Part shown: in pieces, positions 1 to 11,062 of the stretch
Numbering within the stretch: the stretch's first letter is position 1
Layout: each line of letters begins with the position of its first letter
Assembly: GCA_000091205.1 (NCBI GenBank)
Contig: AP006485.2
Length of the DNA: 64,000 nucleotides
Source of the DNA: Cyanidioschyzon merolae
Taxonomy: Eukaryota
Reading direction: 5' to 3' (one strand)
Notes under the pieces: generated by a model
Seen by the model: the letters and a program-made list of their open reading frames with translations, nothing else
What the model was told of the DNA's origin: nothing
The model's database searches: none
Made by a program: the position numbers and the translations under genes

Positions 1-911
1 TTGTCTGGTGTGTCTGGTGTAGGTGTTCGTGTCGCGCCCCGTTCGGGGTTCAGGTTGCTCTGGCCAACGGCTTGCTTCAGCGTATCCGGGAGTACAGTTG
101 CCGTCTCCCGACGACAAGTGATGAGTTTCAGTTCCACAATCAACGGATCCTCACTTATTTTTCGCAGTTCGTGTCGAATACCCGAACCAAAGAATCTATC
201 GATTCGATCCTCTACAGCTTGAAAGGCCTCAAACGGCGTCTCGCGGCATTCGAAAACGAGTGCAAGCCCGTATTCTTCACCCGGCTCGCGAGACTCTCGC
301 AGGCGAAGCAGCACTGGTGCCGGGTCGCCTCTCTTAATGACGCCCAGCACCCGAAGCGCGCCCGATAAATGCGCCTCGTCGCCATACCTATGGCGCGTGA
401 CATCACGAATGATCTGCTTGAGCGTCGTTGTCGCCTTTCGTTCCCGAAGGACTACCAGATCGTCCGTTGTCGAGATCGGCACAGGTTCGAGTTCTGCGTA
501 CCACAGTGCCAGACCGAGAAGCAAGATAGGCATCCCGTAAATGAGCGTCAGAGATGTTTCTGATGCCGAGCCTGCACTCTTGAAATACACATAGAGTGAA
601 TAGACGGTGAGCAGTGCACCGATCCCGGTCACGACCTTGGCTAGCGAGAAGCCGCGAAGCTCAAACGGGACCTGCGGCGGCGGCGTCGACGAGGGTTCCC
701 CTTGTGCACGCAGGTTTCGAATGCCTGCATGCTGGTGGCGCGTATGGCGACCCCCGACAACCGTCTGACGAAACAAAGGTGCATAATGCTTGCCCTGGCG
801 ACTACGGCATCGGAACCCGATCGCAAATCCTTCGCGTCTCACAGCCGAGCGCCTCGAGCTGCTACGCTGGTACGACGTTCCCTGGTGCGCAGGTACCACA
901 AAAAGCCACAT
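1..911 (-). CDS. Partial CDS whose 3' end runs off the window start. Predicted membrane protein: basic/Ser-rich N-terminus, two TM helices, conserved-looking soluble C-terminal domain. Function unknown.
   Basis: Hand translation of the minus strand from the ATG (rc of 909-911, in-frame TAA just upstream at rc 921-923) runs >300 codons to position 1 without a stop. It reads MWLFVVPAHQ...RHTRHQHAGIRNLRAQGEPSSTPPPQVPFELRGFSLAKVVTGIGALLTVYSLYVYF...LTLIYGMPILLLGLALWYAELEPVPISTTDD...ALRVLGVIKRGDPAPVLLRLRESREPGEEYGLALVFECRETPFEAFQAVEDRIDRFFGSGIRHELRK... It is absent from the ORF track because it has no stop inside the window. Frame traced by eye only. Confidence 0.45.
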   Translation of the reverse strand, partial: MWLFVVPAHQGTSYQRSSSRRSAVRREGFAIGFRCRSRQGKHYAPLFRQTVVGGRHTRHQHAGIRNLRAQGEPSSTPPPQVPFELRGFSLAKVVTGIGALLTVYSLYVYFKSAGSASETSLTLIYGMPILLLGLALWYAELEPVPISTTDDLVVLRERKATTTLKQIIRDVTRHRYGDEAHLSGALRVLGVIKRGDPAPVLLRLRESREPGEEYGLALVFECRETPFEAFQAVEDRIDRFFGSGIRHELRKISEDPLIVELKLITCRRETATVLPDTLKQAVGQSNLNPERGATRTPTPDTPD

Positions 912-1515
912 GCCAAGCGTTTAGAGGACTTTGCTTCTTTCGTTTTGAGTGCTACGAACCACGACCCCGTGACTTGGGTGTTTTTATTCAAGTGGTAAAG
1001 CGCACTGCTACACAAACTCGTGCTCCACACTGGAACTCGGTGTGTACAACGCTACACAAGTACGTGGGGTGTTCTGGCTGCTTTCCGGTAACAGAGCGGT
1101 GCGCGTCGTTTGCGCAACCAATTTTGTAGCGCAGAAAGTACTATCTGGAACACACGACACAAGTGCTCGGGTACACACACACCAAAGACGTACACGCAAC
1201 GAGCGCCAACGTGCTCGCAACACCACACAAACTGGTCGCTGGACTGCAGGCTCCGTGGCGTTCACAAGGTGCCTCGCGCCGCACCACACAAGGCACGCGC
1301 CGCATCGCTCGGGGTCGATCGCGAACACACCCGTGTGTCCCTTTTAGGTATGTTTATACCTACCAACTGCGCAGCGCCCACTGCAGCATGTCGCCTCGTC
1401 CATCGTTCCGTTCAGCGAAGCGTACGCAAATCCTGCTTGCTTTCGTCGTCAGCTGACCTCTTGACGTAATCTTGATTCTGGCCCGGCTATTCATTGGGTA
1501 CTGTCTTGTATTGGA

Positions 1516-4500
1516 ATGCGGACATATGTGAGGCGTTCGTTTGTGGCGGTGCAGCTTGCGCTTGGCTACTTTCTGACGACGCTGATGGTCGTGATCAACC
1601 CAACCCGGGTCTACATGGCGTGCTGGGCGCCAATTCAATTCGCACTATTGGCCGGTGTTGTCAGTGAGTTTGAATATGTGGGATCACTGCAGCAGGCGGC
1701 AAGCGCGGCTATCGTTGGTCCCTCGTTCGGGGCGACGCTGGCACTCATTATTCAGCTTGCTGCAGGGCACTTGCTTTGGCTTCGCATCATACTCAATGTG
1801 GTGTTTATGGCAATACTGGTGGCGCCTCGGCTCTGTCCTCCCGCCGTAGGCTCTGTGAGCCTTTCACTGATTGCGTTTGGCGTTGTGGAAAACTATTTGC
1901 AGCTGAGCCTGGACTCAGGACCCGGACACCACGCCTTCATGTACTCGCACTACATCCTTTCAACCTGCTTTGCAGCCTTTGTGGGATTTTTTGTTGCTTT
2001 GCTTGTGTTTCCTGTGTCCGTACGTAGCCTTTTTCATGACAGCGTCGAAAACGTGCTACGCGAGAGTGCTAAGCGCCTGAGTCGTTTGGCGTCGCTTCTC
2101 CTGGCTGATGTGTTCCAGGCGACTCAGATCGAGAATGAGTTGCAGGAGCGGCAGAAGGAACAGATCGCCAACACCTTCGATGGATACCATTCAGCCTCGC
2201 CACGAACCTCAGTGGAAATAATAATGGAGCAGCGCTTGTCTTCGTATGCTCGTATGGAGACGCTGGGCCGCAGTGAGTCGTCATTCAGTGCGGAGGCGAC
2301 GATTTTTGGCTTCGCGGAAGAGTCCGCGTTACTACAAGGAGGCTCGCTCTATCTCCATGGGAGCCTAGTGGCGTTGCAGCGATTGTTACCGCTAGGCGCC
2401 AACGAGCTCACGTACCCGGCACTCTTTTATCATGCGCCGATAACGGACTGGTCGAAAATCATCTACAAGTCACGAGACCTGGTCGCACGTATCGGCGGAC
2501 TCGAGAGCGTTATTCTGCATCGCCGTGGTACCGAGTACCGCGCGGTAGCGATGCACAGACTGTATCGAAGTGCCCTTGCAGATGTAACCAGATTATGGGC
2601 AAGGCTTGCGAGTGCATGCAATTTGCTCGGCTTGCTCGTTCGAGAGAAGGAGGTGCGTTGGTTCCACTGGCCGGAAAACTCACCCCATGCCCTTACGATA
2701 TTTCGCAACGAGAAGATTCGAAAGTACCTCGATGAGGTCATTGACGAGAAAGAAATCGAGGCGCTCTGGCGGCGCGTCACAGAGAGTGGCCTCAGTGGCT
2801 ATCAGGAGTTTTGGCGTGATATGGCGATTGCAACACACGTCGAGGACTTTAACCGCGAAGTCGATGTGACCAAGCTCGTCCGCGTCTCGGCGATTGTGCC
2901 CGTCGAGTCGGTACGTGTTGCCTGGTTCAGCACCGTGCTAGTGCATCGGGTTCTCGACTCTGTCTACGAGTTGCGCGAATCCGTGTATCAGTTATTGGAA
3001 CGACAGGCGCCGATGAGCCGGCAATCGTCGCCCTGGTGGCACTGGGCGCTGAACCGTCTCCGAGATGCCAGTTGGAATGTGTTTATGGCGGTCACGTTCT
3101 CGACTCGTGCGATGTATAGTTTCTGGAGCGACGTCCTCCGTAATGTGCTGCAGTACCGCGCTGCGGACTATCGACGGTTCTGGAAAAATAATCAATGGCA
3201 ACTCATATTTCTCATCAAGTACTATATTATCAGCACTGCTGCGATCATTACTGTGGTTTGTATTCCGGCGTCGTCGAATATTCGACAACAATGGGAGCCG
3301 ATTCTCGGGTACCTGTCGGTGGTGGTGTCCGCTCGACCGACAACGGAATCGGCTGTGAGTGTGGCGCTCTCCCGAGCAGCCGGGGGCATCGTTGGTGCGG
3401 CTCTCGGCTACCTGGTGCTGGTGAAACCCGCCCTAGCTGTGAACGCTTTTTTTGTGGATGGTATTACGGTTGCGATTGTTTTCGTCATGTTTTACTGCAA
3501 CCTTGTCGATTCCATGAAATGGCTACAGTACACAGCTGGCATTGCTATTTTCATCTTCACCGTGGTCTGCATGTGCCAGTACAGTGCGCCGGTCGATCAC
3601 GCTGTCTGGCAAGCCGCTGTAGGCGCAATGGTATGCACTGCGATAGGGGTTGGCGTGATCATCCTGTTCACAACGGCCCTGTCACCTCGTATGGCGAGTC
3701 GTGAATCACGCCGCACCCTTCTCCGCGGATTTGCTGCCAGCGTCGACGGTGCGATTGCATGCTGGGAGGAGAACCTCCGTCGCCACAACTGCGACGAGTT
3801 TCTGGATCGCTTTCATCAGGCGCTCCATAATATCGAGGCAGCGCCAGCCAATCCGGCCGTTGAAACGACCACCGAAGAACGAGACAAGGAGGCGGAGGAG
3901 GTGCAAAACGTGCGTGTACACGCACACCCGTGGCAAGAGACCATGGCTATCAACAAGCACATTGAGGCGCTGGCGACAAGTGTAGCGATATTGAGCAACG
4001 CCCTGTCACCGAGTTTCGGCGGCGTGAATCAGTTCGCCTTGTGGAAAAGAGGCTTCTTTCGACCACCACAGTTTATCGTTGACGGGAACGTTGCGCTTTG
4101 TGTTGTGCTGCTACGACTGGAGGTGCTCAATAGTATAGTGAACCGTCCACCCATTTACGGTGTGCGCTTCTCTGGGGCGATGTATCGCCTTTTCCTGCTG
4201 GCACTCGAGCCTGAATTCAGTGCAATTTTCCGCTCGTTGATTGAGCTCACAGACGCCCTGCGAGGATGCCTCGAATCTCGCGGTATTCTGGAGGATCTCT
4301 TCGGATCCGCCGAAGCGCTGCATAGTGATGCAATGCGCCGTTTCGAGAACCGGAAATGGCTTTTGCAGCTGTGCCTTTCGCGAAAACGAGCCGCTCAAAT
4401 GCAATCCAAGCTGAACGCTTACGAAGGGAATGGCGTCGAAGTTGCCGACGGAGGTCAGGGCTTCTGCATCATGGAGCCCAGTGTGGGTTTGGCACTGCTC

Positions 4501-5262
4501 AACTTTCGTCGACGACGCGCAGAGCTCTGGTTCCGAATGCGGCGTCGGGCGCTCCAGATTGTGCACTACATTCGTGATCGTTATCCCGAGCTCGAAAGTC
4601 GACTGGCAGCTCATATTGCAAAAATGGCGCTAGACGAGAGTAGCAGCGCATCGTTCGCTGAGATCTACGAACAACTCCTCGAAAACGAGGACTTGGACCG
4701 GGGTCCGCAGCTTGCCGCTGTGTTTCCGCTCCTTCGCCGCCTCATGCAGTTACGGAATCCGCACTATCACCGCCACGTGCGCACTCGGGAACCGAGGCTG
4801 TCGATTGCGAGGGAGGCACAATCCGCGAGTGAAGAGCTTTTACGGAGCTCGCTACAAGAGGATGACCGCCGCAGCACCTCGCCGCGAGGGAGCACGTCGC
4901 CATCCAGAGCGTCTTTCGCCCATGCAAGTGAATCCGTGGCAGCGGAGGAGGCACGCAGCTGCGCACCGGACGCAGAATTCGCGCAAACAGTGGACCATGA
5001 ACTGGAGAAAGAGTTGATCATTCTCAACTTTCGGCAGGTCGTCGAGACAAAACTGCTGCGCAGTGCGGATGCGTCCGCCAGCACTGCGACGCTGCCGATT
5101 GCGGGCGTCCCCATCGATGACTTTGTGCACTTCTCGACCTTCATGTACGGGCTGCGGGAACTTTTTGGGAGCATTGATTACGCTGCTCGAGCCATTGGGT
5201 CCTGGACCAGACCGCATCATGCAGAAAAGCTGTCGTTGAAACGTGGAAGGCCTTTTTATTGA
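1516..5262 (+). CDS. Large integral membrane protein with two 6-TM-like hydrophobic blocks (aa 1-180 and about 560-700) separated by and followed by long soluble regions. Resembles the FUSC/ArAE (YccS/YhfK/Bre4-like) transporter architecture.
   Basis: 1248-aa uninterrupted ORF. Hydrophobic helix clusters at the N-terminus and mid-protein, with long helical/charged regions between and after them. Assignment by architecture only. Confidence 0.5.
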   Translation: MRTYVRRSFVAVQLALGYFLTTLMVVINPTRVYMACWAPIQFALLAGVVSEFEYVGSLQQAASAAIVGPSFGATLALIIQLAAGHLLWLRIILNVVFMAILVAPRLCPPAVGSVSLSLIAFGVVENYLQLSLDSGPGHHAFMYSHYILSTCFAAFVGFFVALLVFPVSVRSLFHDSVENVLRESAKRLSRLASLLLADVFQATQIENELQERQKEQIANTFDGYHSASPRTSVEIIMEQRLSSYARMETLGRSESSFSAEATIFGFAEESALLQGGSLYLHGSLVALQRLLPLGANELTYPALFYHAPITDWSKIIYKSRDLVARIGGLESVILHRRGTEYRAVAMHRLYRSALADVTRLWARLASACNLLGLLVREKEVRWFHWPENSPHALTIFRNEKIRKYLDEVIDEKEIEALWRRVTESGLSGYQEFWRDMAIATHVEDFNREVDVTKLVRVSAIVPVESVRVAWFSTVLVHRVLDSVYELRESVYQLLERQAPMSRQSSPWWHWALNRLRDASWNVFMAVTFSTRAMYSFWSDVLRNVLQYRAADYRRFWKNNQWQLIFLIKYYIISTAAIITVVCIPASSNIRQQWEPILGYLSVVVSARPTTESAVSVALSRAAGGIVGAALGYLVLVKPALAVNAFFVDGITVAIVFVMFYCNLVDSMKWLQYTAGIAIFIFTVVCMCQYSAPVDHAVWQAAVGAMVCTAIGVGVIILFTTALSPRMASRESRRTLLRGFAASVDGAIACWEENLRRHNCDEFLDRFHQALHNIEAAPANPAVETTTEERDKEAEEVQNVRVHAHPWQETMAINKHIEALATSVAILSNALSPSFGGVNQFALWKRGFFRPPQFIVDGNVALCVVLLRLEVLNSIVNRPPIYGVRFSGAMYRLFLLALEPEFSAIFRSLIELTDALRGCLESRGILEDLFGSAEALHSDAMRRFENRKWLLQLCLSRKRAAQMQSKLNAYEGNGVEVADGGQGFCIMEPSVGLALLNFRRRRAELWFRMRRRALQIVHYIRDRYPELESRLAAHIAKMALDESSSASFAEIYEQLLENEDLDRGPQLAAVFPLLRRLMQLRNPHYHRHVRTREPRLSIAREAQSASEELLRSSLQEDDRRSTSPRGSTSPSRASFAHASESVAAEEARSCAPDAEFAQTVDHELEKELIILNFRQVVETKLLRSADASASTATLPIAGVPIDDFVHFSTFMYGLRELFGSIDYAARAIGSWTRPHHAEKLSLKRGRPFY

Positions 5263-6825
5263 GCGCATCGCGGCTGCGCATTTTGACGTGTCATCGTGGA
5301 TGAGACGTAGAAAGAGGCGGCGAGGGAGTCGCTTCTATTCCTTGCGCTATTCTCTGGTACAGAGAACTGCTTACTTGAACCTAAAAAGTACACGAAGATG
5401 ATGACGGAAGCATCGGTTTTGCAAAATATGGCTTGTACGCAGAGCAGTGCGTGCTCGAACACCCGTACCAGCACGCCGTTGTTGTTTCTAGTTGTTTTTC
5501 CCACTGGTATTCAACAGAACGAATATGGCCCATGGGTTGGGGAAACATCGAGGTAGGGGCTTTACCCTGTCCCTGATTTGTCATGAGCGAAACGCCAAGT
5601 TGGCCATTGTACGTTCAGCAAGTGGATGAACCGTCCTACACCTCGTCCTTGTGCTGAATATCATGCACTTGATCCAGAGCTTGTCGGGATTCATCTTCAA
5701 CATTGCCTTGTCGTGAATCCATGCAGCTCCACACGTTCTGGGGCAAAGCTCACAAAAAGACAGGGAATCTGTGGAATCTTCGCACCGCTCATATAAATCG
5801 TGATGGAGCGACGCGAATGGACAACAAGAAAAAAACGCCCCTACGGGAGAACGTCGAGTGTTTAACAGCATACTCCCGGTTGCGCACTCGAACGTAAACG
5901 CTCATTCCAGGATGCAAAGATATTCCTCTCAATAGATCAGACCGTATTCGGGAGTATTGGTCCACCCGGCTGTGGCTACTCAAACAGAGCTCATTTGCTG
6001 TTCGTAGATACTTGACAAGCTGGCATGCCGACAACACAAGCCCTAGCAGCAATACGATCGTGCCGTCGCCGGGATACCGCCAGGTGGACAGGGTAGGTTC
6101 GTACGGTATCCTTGAGAGAAACAAGTTGTGACTTCTCCTTCCCCCAAATTCTCTCGCATGCTGGTTGACTACGTCGCTTGCCATGAGGCAAGGGCGGTCC
6201 AGGAGTGTGCGGCTGAGACTGGCGGGATGCAAATCTTCGTGCGAAACTAGGCTCCCTGGTTCAGTCCAGTCGAAGGCGTCTGCTCAGTAGTCAGCCATGA
6301 AATATAGGCTCACGAATCTATATACGAATCGTGCTCGATCTTTACCGACGCTGGACTGCTCTGTCGCACCAGTCCTCGTGTGCCGTTGATTCCGAAAAGG
6401 CACACCTGGTTCATAGACACGCTCACAATCGTAGAGATAATGAGAATGCAGTAAAGGAATAGTGCATCCATAAATGCAGAGGGCGAGCTTCAGTCACAAG
6501 TAGTAACCAGTGCATAGGAGTCCCGCGGAGAAATCGAGAATGGAGTATAGTGACGACATATTTGCCAGCCCACGCTGGAAAGGTAAAGGCAGAGATGGCG
6601 CTTGTGGCGGTGAGAAGCTCCAAAGCATTTGAACAACGCGACGAGGAGCAATGGGGCACCTCATCCCAAGCCGCTGTTTTTCCGGGCGAGAGTGGATCAT
6701 CAGTTTCAGAATCAGTACAGATCGACGGCATACGCTTCTGCGTGCTTTTTGTGAAACCCAGACCTGCTTCGAGCAGCGACACTCATTTTCAAACATTCGC
6801 GCTAGATCAAGAGAAAGACTTGATG

Positions 6826-6855
6826 GTGTCTGTGTCTGTGTGTGTGTGTGTGTGT
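6826..6855. repeat. (GT)n microsatellite
   Basis: The sequence gtgtctgtgtctgtgtgtgtgtgtgtgtgt is read directly. Confidence 0.9.
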
Positions 6856-9003
6856 CGATCCCCGGTTGCCGGACGTCATGGATATCGCGACACCTGCAAA
6901 TCAAGCGGATGCAGCCATTGAGCGGTAAGGAAAGCGCGCGAAGCTGCTCAAGTTTTCCAGCACCCGTTATCACCGACATTCGGGTATATCAGACGCCAAC
7001 AGGCATGCCAGTGCGCTCAACGACAGCATCAGAATCCATGGCGGTGCACTGAGAACCGTATCGATGAGCCCAGGATACCTCGCAAAAGCTCGGTTTCAGC
7101 GAAAGCTCACGAGCGTCCCCCGGTCGCATGGAGTCAATCTTTGGCAAGAGTGCGTGGCAGACTTTTGTCGGAATCGCCAACGACCTCCGTTGTACGTAGG
7201 CAAGAATCGTTCCTGCGCTAACGCGTTCAATGAGTCTCAAAATGAACTGTGCAAAGCATCGTGTCGTTTGGGGATTCTCTCGGGCGATAGACGTGCTGGA
7301 GCGCGCACTAGCTGCACTCCTGCTTATTCAAACAGAGCTTTCCATGAAACAGGAATCGACTTTGTCTGACGCCCGTTGATGCTCTAAAGACAACATACAC
7401 CAAAGAGAAACGCGTTGTCCGCTGGAACTCGTAATGAAGAAGCGCGTGCACAAGACGGTGTGCAATATACACTTCGAGTGTCAGATATCGAGACAGTTCA
7501 AGGTCCGAAGCATTTCGTCGTGAGAGGCTACCAGCATCCATGAGAACGTGCACTTTCTGAACTGAACCATCAAAACCTCGCTCCAGGTCAGCAACGTTTG
7601 TCGTGCTTCCGCCGGGTCCAAGGCCTATGTTTCGAACGGAGATTCGAGGGAATTCTAGGCCAGTCAGCTTATGTATTGTGCTGCGACGCTGAGGATTTCG
7701 ATGAAGAAAAACCAGTAGCCAGGAGAGACGGCAGGGTATGCTCGCCCGCACCAAGGCACTGGTTTGATACAGTTCAGCAGTCCACAAAGCCTGGTGCACC
7801 ATGTTTAACCATTCAATGGGAGCGACTCCCCCGTTCGGCTATTCAGCAACGATCATGCAGTTCCATAACTCGATATGACTGAGTGTACGTGATAAGCGAC
7901 GTCAACGCTGTCACGGATGCTTCGTACTCCTAGCACCTCGATACCACTGCTGTTCAGCCCAAAACCCGAGCGTCCACGGATCCGCTGACTCGCCAGACAT
8001 CGAGTGAGCACAGTTCGGATTATAGTGAGTTGCCCTCAACGATTTCAGATCGCGCTTGTGTAACCTAGTGTGTCTCCCGGGGGCCCGTCCTGGCCCTATG
8101 CACCCCCAGCTGGTACACGAAGGCCTGCCACCAGCGTCGACCAAAGCGTTAGAGGAATCCGGCGTTGAGCGCGACCTCCGAACGCAGAGCGCTCCCGTCG
8201 CAGGTGAAGCCCCTTGATGCAGCTCCACGGAAAACTAGAAATGCTGGAGCGCTCCATGATCGGTGTACCTTAAGGACACCCTCATCCTATATCGACCAGC
8301 ACGTGGAGCCGGACGCGGTCATGCACCGCTGTAGGCTTTGACGCTGCGCGGTCGGTAACGCTGCTCGATGGGCGATGTGCTTGAGAGGCGCACCTCATGA
8401 CTGCTTGGTTGTGGCGACAACGACGATACAGCCTTGAGGTCATGCGACATTGACAGCTGCGCGCTGGTCAAACGAACAGGCATACATGTGTCGCTTGTTT
8501 GAGACGATTGTTCGTCCTAGTTGCGCACGATGTTCATAGAGCTGACGGATGCGTAGAACAACGAGAACGTCATCGAGCACTCGAATGCAACGAGGCATGG
8601 TTACCCTCTTCATCCAGTATCCAAGTGCTGGCAGGCGGCCCCAGGTGTCTGGTTTCTCAAGTGGTGTTCGCGCTCCTCGCATTGTCCAAAAAGATCCACA
8701 CGCGCCTCGTTGACGTTTCGATTTACCGCGATTTGGTTACTGGCTGACCATCCAGTCGATGCTCGTGAATTTATTGTCTGGGAAACTTGGCATTCATCAG
8801 GCGTAAAGAGCGAACACCTCGCGATGGAGTGAAGCACACGCGCGCGAAGCAAAGACTCGAAGATGCAAGCGCGTTGGAATGTAACGCTGCAAACCAGTCG
8901 AGCTTCCTCGCTCCGTCCGAGCACTGCTCTAGCTCGTTCCGCAAACAGGAAAATGCATGCACTCGTAGCGCTATCAGTGCCCATTTCCGTTCCAGAAAGA
9001 ACC

Positions 9004-10827
9004 TCACTTTCCGTCTGAGACTTTCTCCCGCATCGTTACGAGTTCCTCGGCGCTCGTCGGATGCACACCAATCACATTATCGAAATCTGCTTTGGTGGCG
9101 CCCATCTTGAGCGCAATCGCTACCGACTGGATGATTTCCGGAGCGGCGTCATCGACCAGGTGGCAGCCAAGCACGCGTTGCGTCCGACGATCAACCACAA
9201 GTTTCATGAGCGTCTGGCGATCTCGCTTCGTGAGCGTATGCTTCAACGGGCGGAACATCGATCGATAGATATCGATACCCGTGCCGCCTTGTTCAGCGTC
9301 CAGCTCCCGGGCGCGCGCTTCCGTCAGGCCTACCATTCCAATAGGGGGCACGCTGAACACCGCCGTCGGCACCATGTCGTAGCCCGGTGCCCGTGCTTTG
9401 CCGCCAAAAACCGTATCCGCAAAACAGTGACCTTCGGCGATGGCTACTGGCGTCAAGTTCATTCGATTCGTGACATCGCCGACCGCATAGATCGTCTCCA
9501 CATTGGTTCGAGAGTATTCATCCACGAGAATATGCCCCCGGTGTTGATCGGTTTTAATACCTGCTCGCTCCAATCCGAGGCCCTCGGTGTTCGGGTGCCG
9601 TCCAACAGCGAGCAGCACCTGGTCAACGATCAGTGTAGAGCCGTCTGTGAGATGCGCTTTCAAAACGCGCCCTTCAGGTGCGCTCGCATCCGGAATAGCC
9701 TCCACTGCTTTCAGGTTACACCCAAAGCGCAAATCGATACCGTCTTTGCGCATCTGCTCGGCGAGAAAGTGGCGAACATCATCATCAAACCCGCGCAAGA
9801 AAAGCTTCCCCCGGTGGACCTGCGTCACCTTAGATCCGTATCCATGGAATATGCATGCAAATTCTGTGCCGATGTAGCCTCCGCCCAGGACCAAGATAGA
9901 TCGAGGAAGATGTTTCAGGTAAAAGCAGTCATCGGAATGGATGCAGAGCGCAGCACCCGGCAGATCTGCTATGAGGTTGGAGCGGCCGCCCACGGCAACG
10001 AGGATGTACTTGGCGGAAAACGTTTCGCCACTCGCAAGGCGAATCTTGTGTGCGTCGACGAACTCGGCTCGTTCGTGAAAGATGCGCACATTTGCCTTTT
10101 CCAGGATGCGTTGATACACGCCATTCAATCGCTCTATTTCTGCGTCCTTGTTGTGAATGAGTCGCTCCCAGTCGACAGGATCTAGCTCGCTTTTGGTCGG
10201 AAGATCCCAGCCATACGCACGTGCGTCTTCAAACTCGTGCAAATAATGGGACCCGTACGAGAAAAGCTTCTTCGGAATGCAGCCTACGTTCACACAGGTG
10301 CCTCCCAGCCGACTGCTCTCAGCTAGTGCTACGCGAGCGCCGTGATTCGCGGAGACTCGCGCGGCGCGAACGCCCCCAGAACCCCCGCCGATCACAAACA
10401 GATCAAAGTCGAAGCTGGTATCCGGTTGATAATGCATCGCAAGCGCTCTCTTAACCTTCGACCCGAAGCCTAAGCGCAGGTCGTCTCCAACGTGGTTGCG
10501 AACGTTTCGATGAGCGCTGAACGAGCACAGCTGCGCACCGCAAAACTTTCCCCTGTGCTTGTAGGTTCGTCCGATCGCCTCCGACAGGTAAGCAGAACAA
10601 CTTGCTTTGAAGTAACTGATCGATGGAAGTGTCGCAAAGGAGACTTCCGCTGTTCTCACAAGCCGCTGAGACGAACGCATAACGACAAGCGTTCTTCGGG
10701 GAGTGCAGGCTGGCCACGAGCGGCCGCCACACACCCACTGGACCCCGACGAGCGCATACGCATGCAACGGCGGGCGGTGGCCCGTACGAGTCTCTGGAAC
10801 CCTGCCTTCGGCGGGGCGGTGTTCCAA
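9004..10827 (-). CDS. Glutathione reductase (pyridine nucleotide-disulfide oxidoreductase class I) with a 120-170 aa N-terminal extension. Likely organelle presequence and/or alternative start at Met50 (about 10680) or at MHYQPDTSFDFDLFVIGGG (about 10434).
   Basis: FAD site FDLFVIGGGSGG. Redox-active disulfide GGTCVNVGCIPKK. NADPH-binding GGGYIGTEFA. Interface domain ending ..IGVHPTSAEELVTMR (GR-type, not trypanothione-reductase-type). Confidence 0.85.
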   Translation of the reverse strand: MEHRPAEGRVPETRTGHRPPLHAYALVGVQWVCGGRSWPACTPRRTLVVMRSSQRLVRTAEVSFATLPSISYFKASCSAYLSEAIGRTYKHRGKFCGAQLCSFSAHRNVRNHVGDDLRLGFGSKVKRALAMHYQPDTSFDFDLFVIGGGSGGVRAARVSANHGARVALAESSRLGGTCVNVGCIPKKLFSYGSHYLHEFEDARAYGWDLPTKSELDPVDWERLIHNKDAEIERLNGVYQRILEKANVRIFHERAEFVDAHKIRLASGETFSAKYILVAVGGRSNLIADLPGAALCIHSDDCFYLKHLPRSILVLGGGYIGTEFACIFHGYGSKVTQVHRGKLFLRGFDDDVRHFLAEQMRKDGIDLRFGCNLKAVEAIPDASAPEGRVLKAHLTDGSTLIVDQVLLAVGRHPNTEGLGLERAGIKTDQHRGHILVDEYSRTNVETIYAVGDVTNRMNLTPVAIAEGHCFADTVFGGKARAPGYDMVPTAVFSVPPIGMVGLTEARARELDAEQGGTGIDIYRSMFRPLKHTLTKRDRQTLMKLVVDRRTQRVLGCHLVDDAAPEIIQSVAIALKMGATKADFDNVIGVHPTSAEELVTMREKVSDGK

Positions 10828-11062
10828 TCTGGAGCCTTTCTTGCAACACCGTGCGACCCGAGGAGTGGTTTACGATCGGGAAAAGCTGAGCTATGCGGTG
10901 CGAGCCGTCCGAAACAGCTCTTCTAGAACCAGGACCAGCATGTCCATACGTATGTTTAGGTAAGCGTCTAGAGCCATTTCGCGAACGCTACAACACAATA
11001 ATGTTTTGAACAGACGCACGTTCGATAACGGCATCGAAAACGAAATCGAGACGGGAATGCAA

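Noticed and set aside
483-500. tRNA-like T-loop motif (aggttcgagttc) and a few other GTTCGA-like strings
   Set aside because: No flanking cloverleaf (acceptor and anticodon stems) could be built by eye. Not reported as tRNAs.
9061-10185. 374-aa +strand ORF
   Set aside because: Antisense shadow of the glutathione reductase gene in GC-rich DNA. No motifs, and it overlaps a securely identified CDS.
9004-10827. Possible trypanothione reductase
   Set aside because: The C-terminal HPTSAEELVTMR motif and overall match are GR-type. Nothing else in the window suggests a kinetoplastid.
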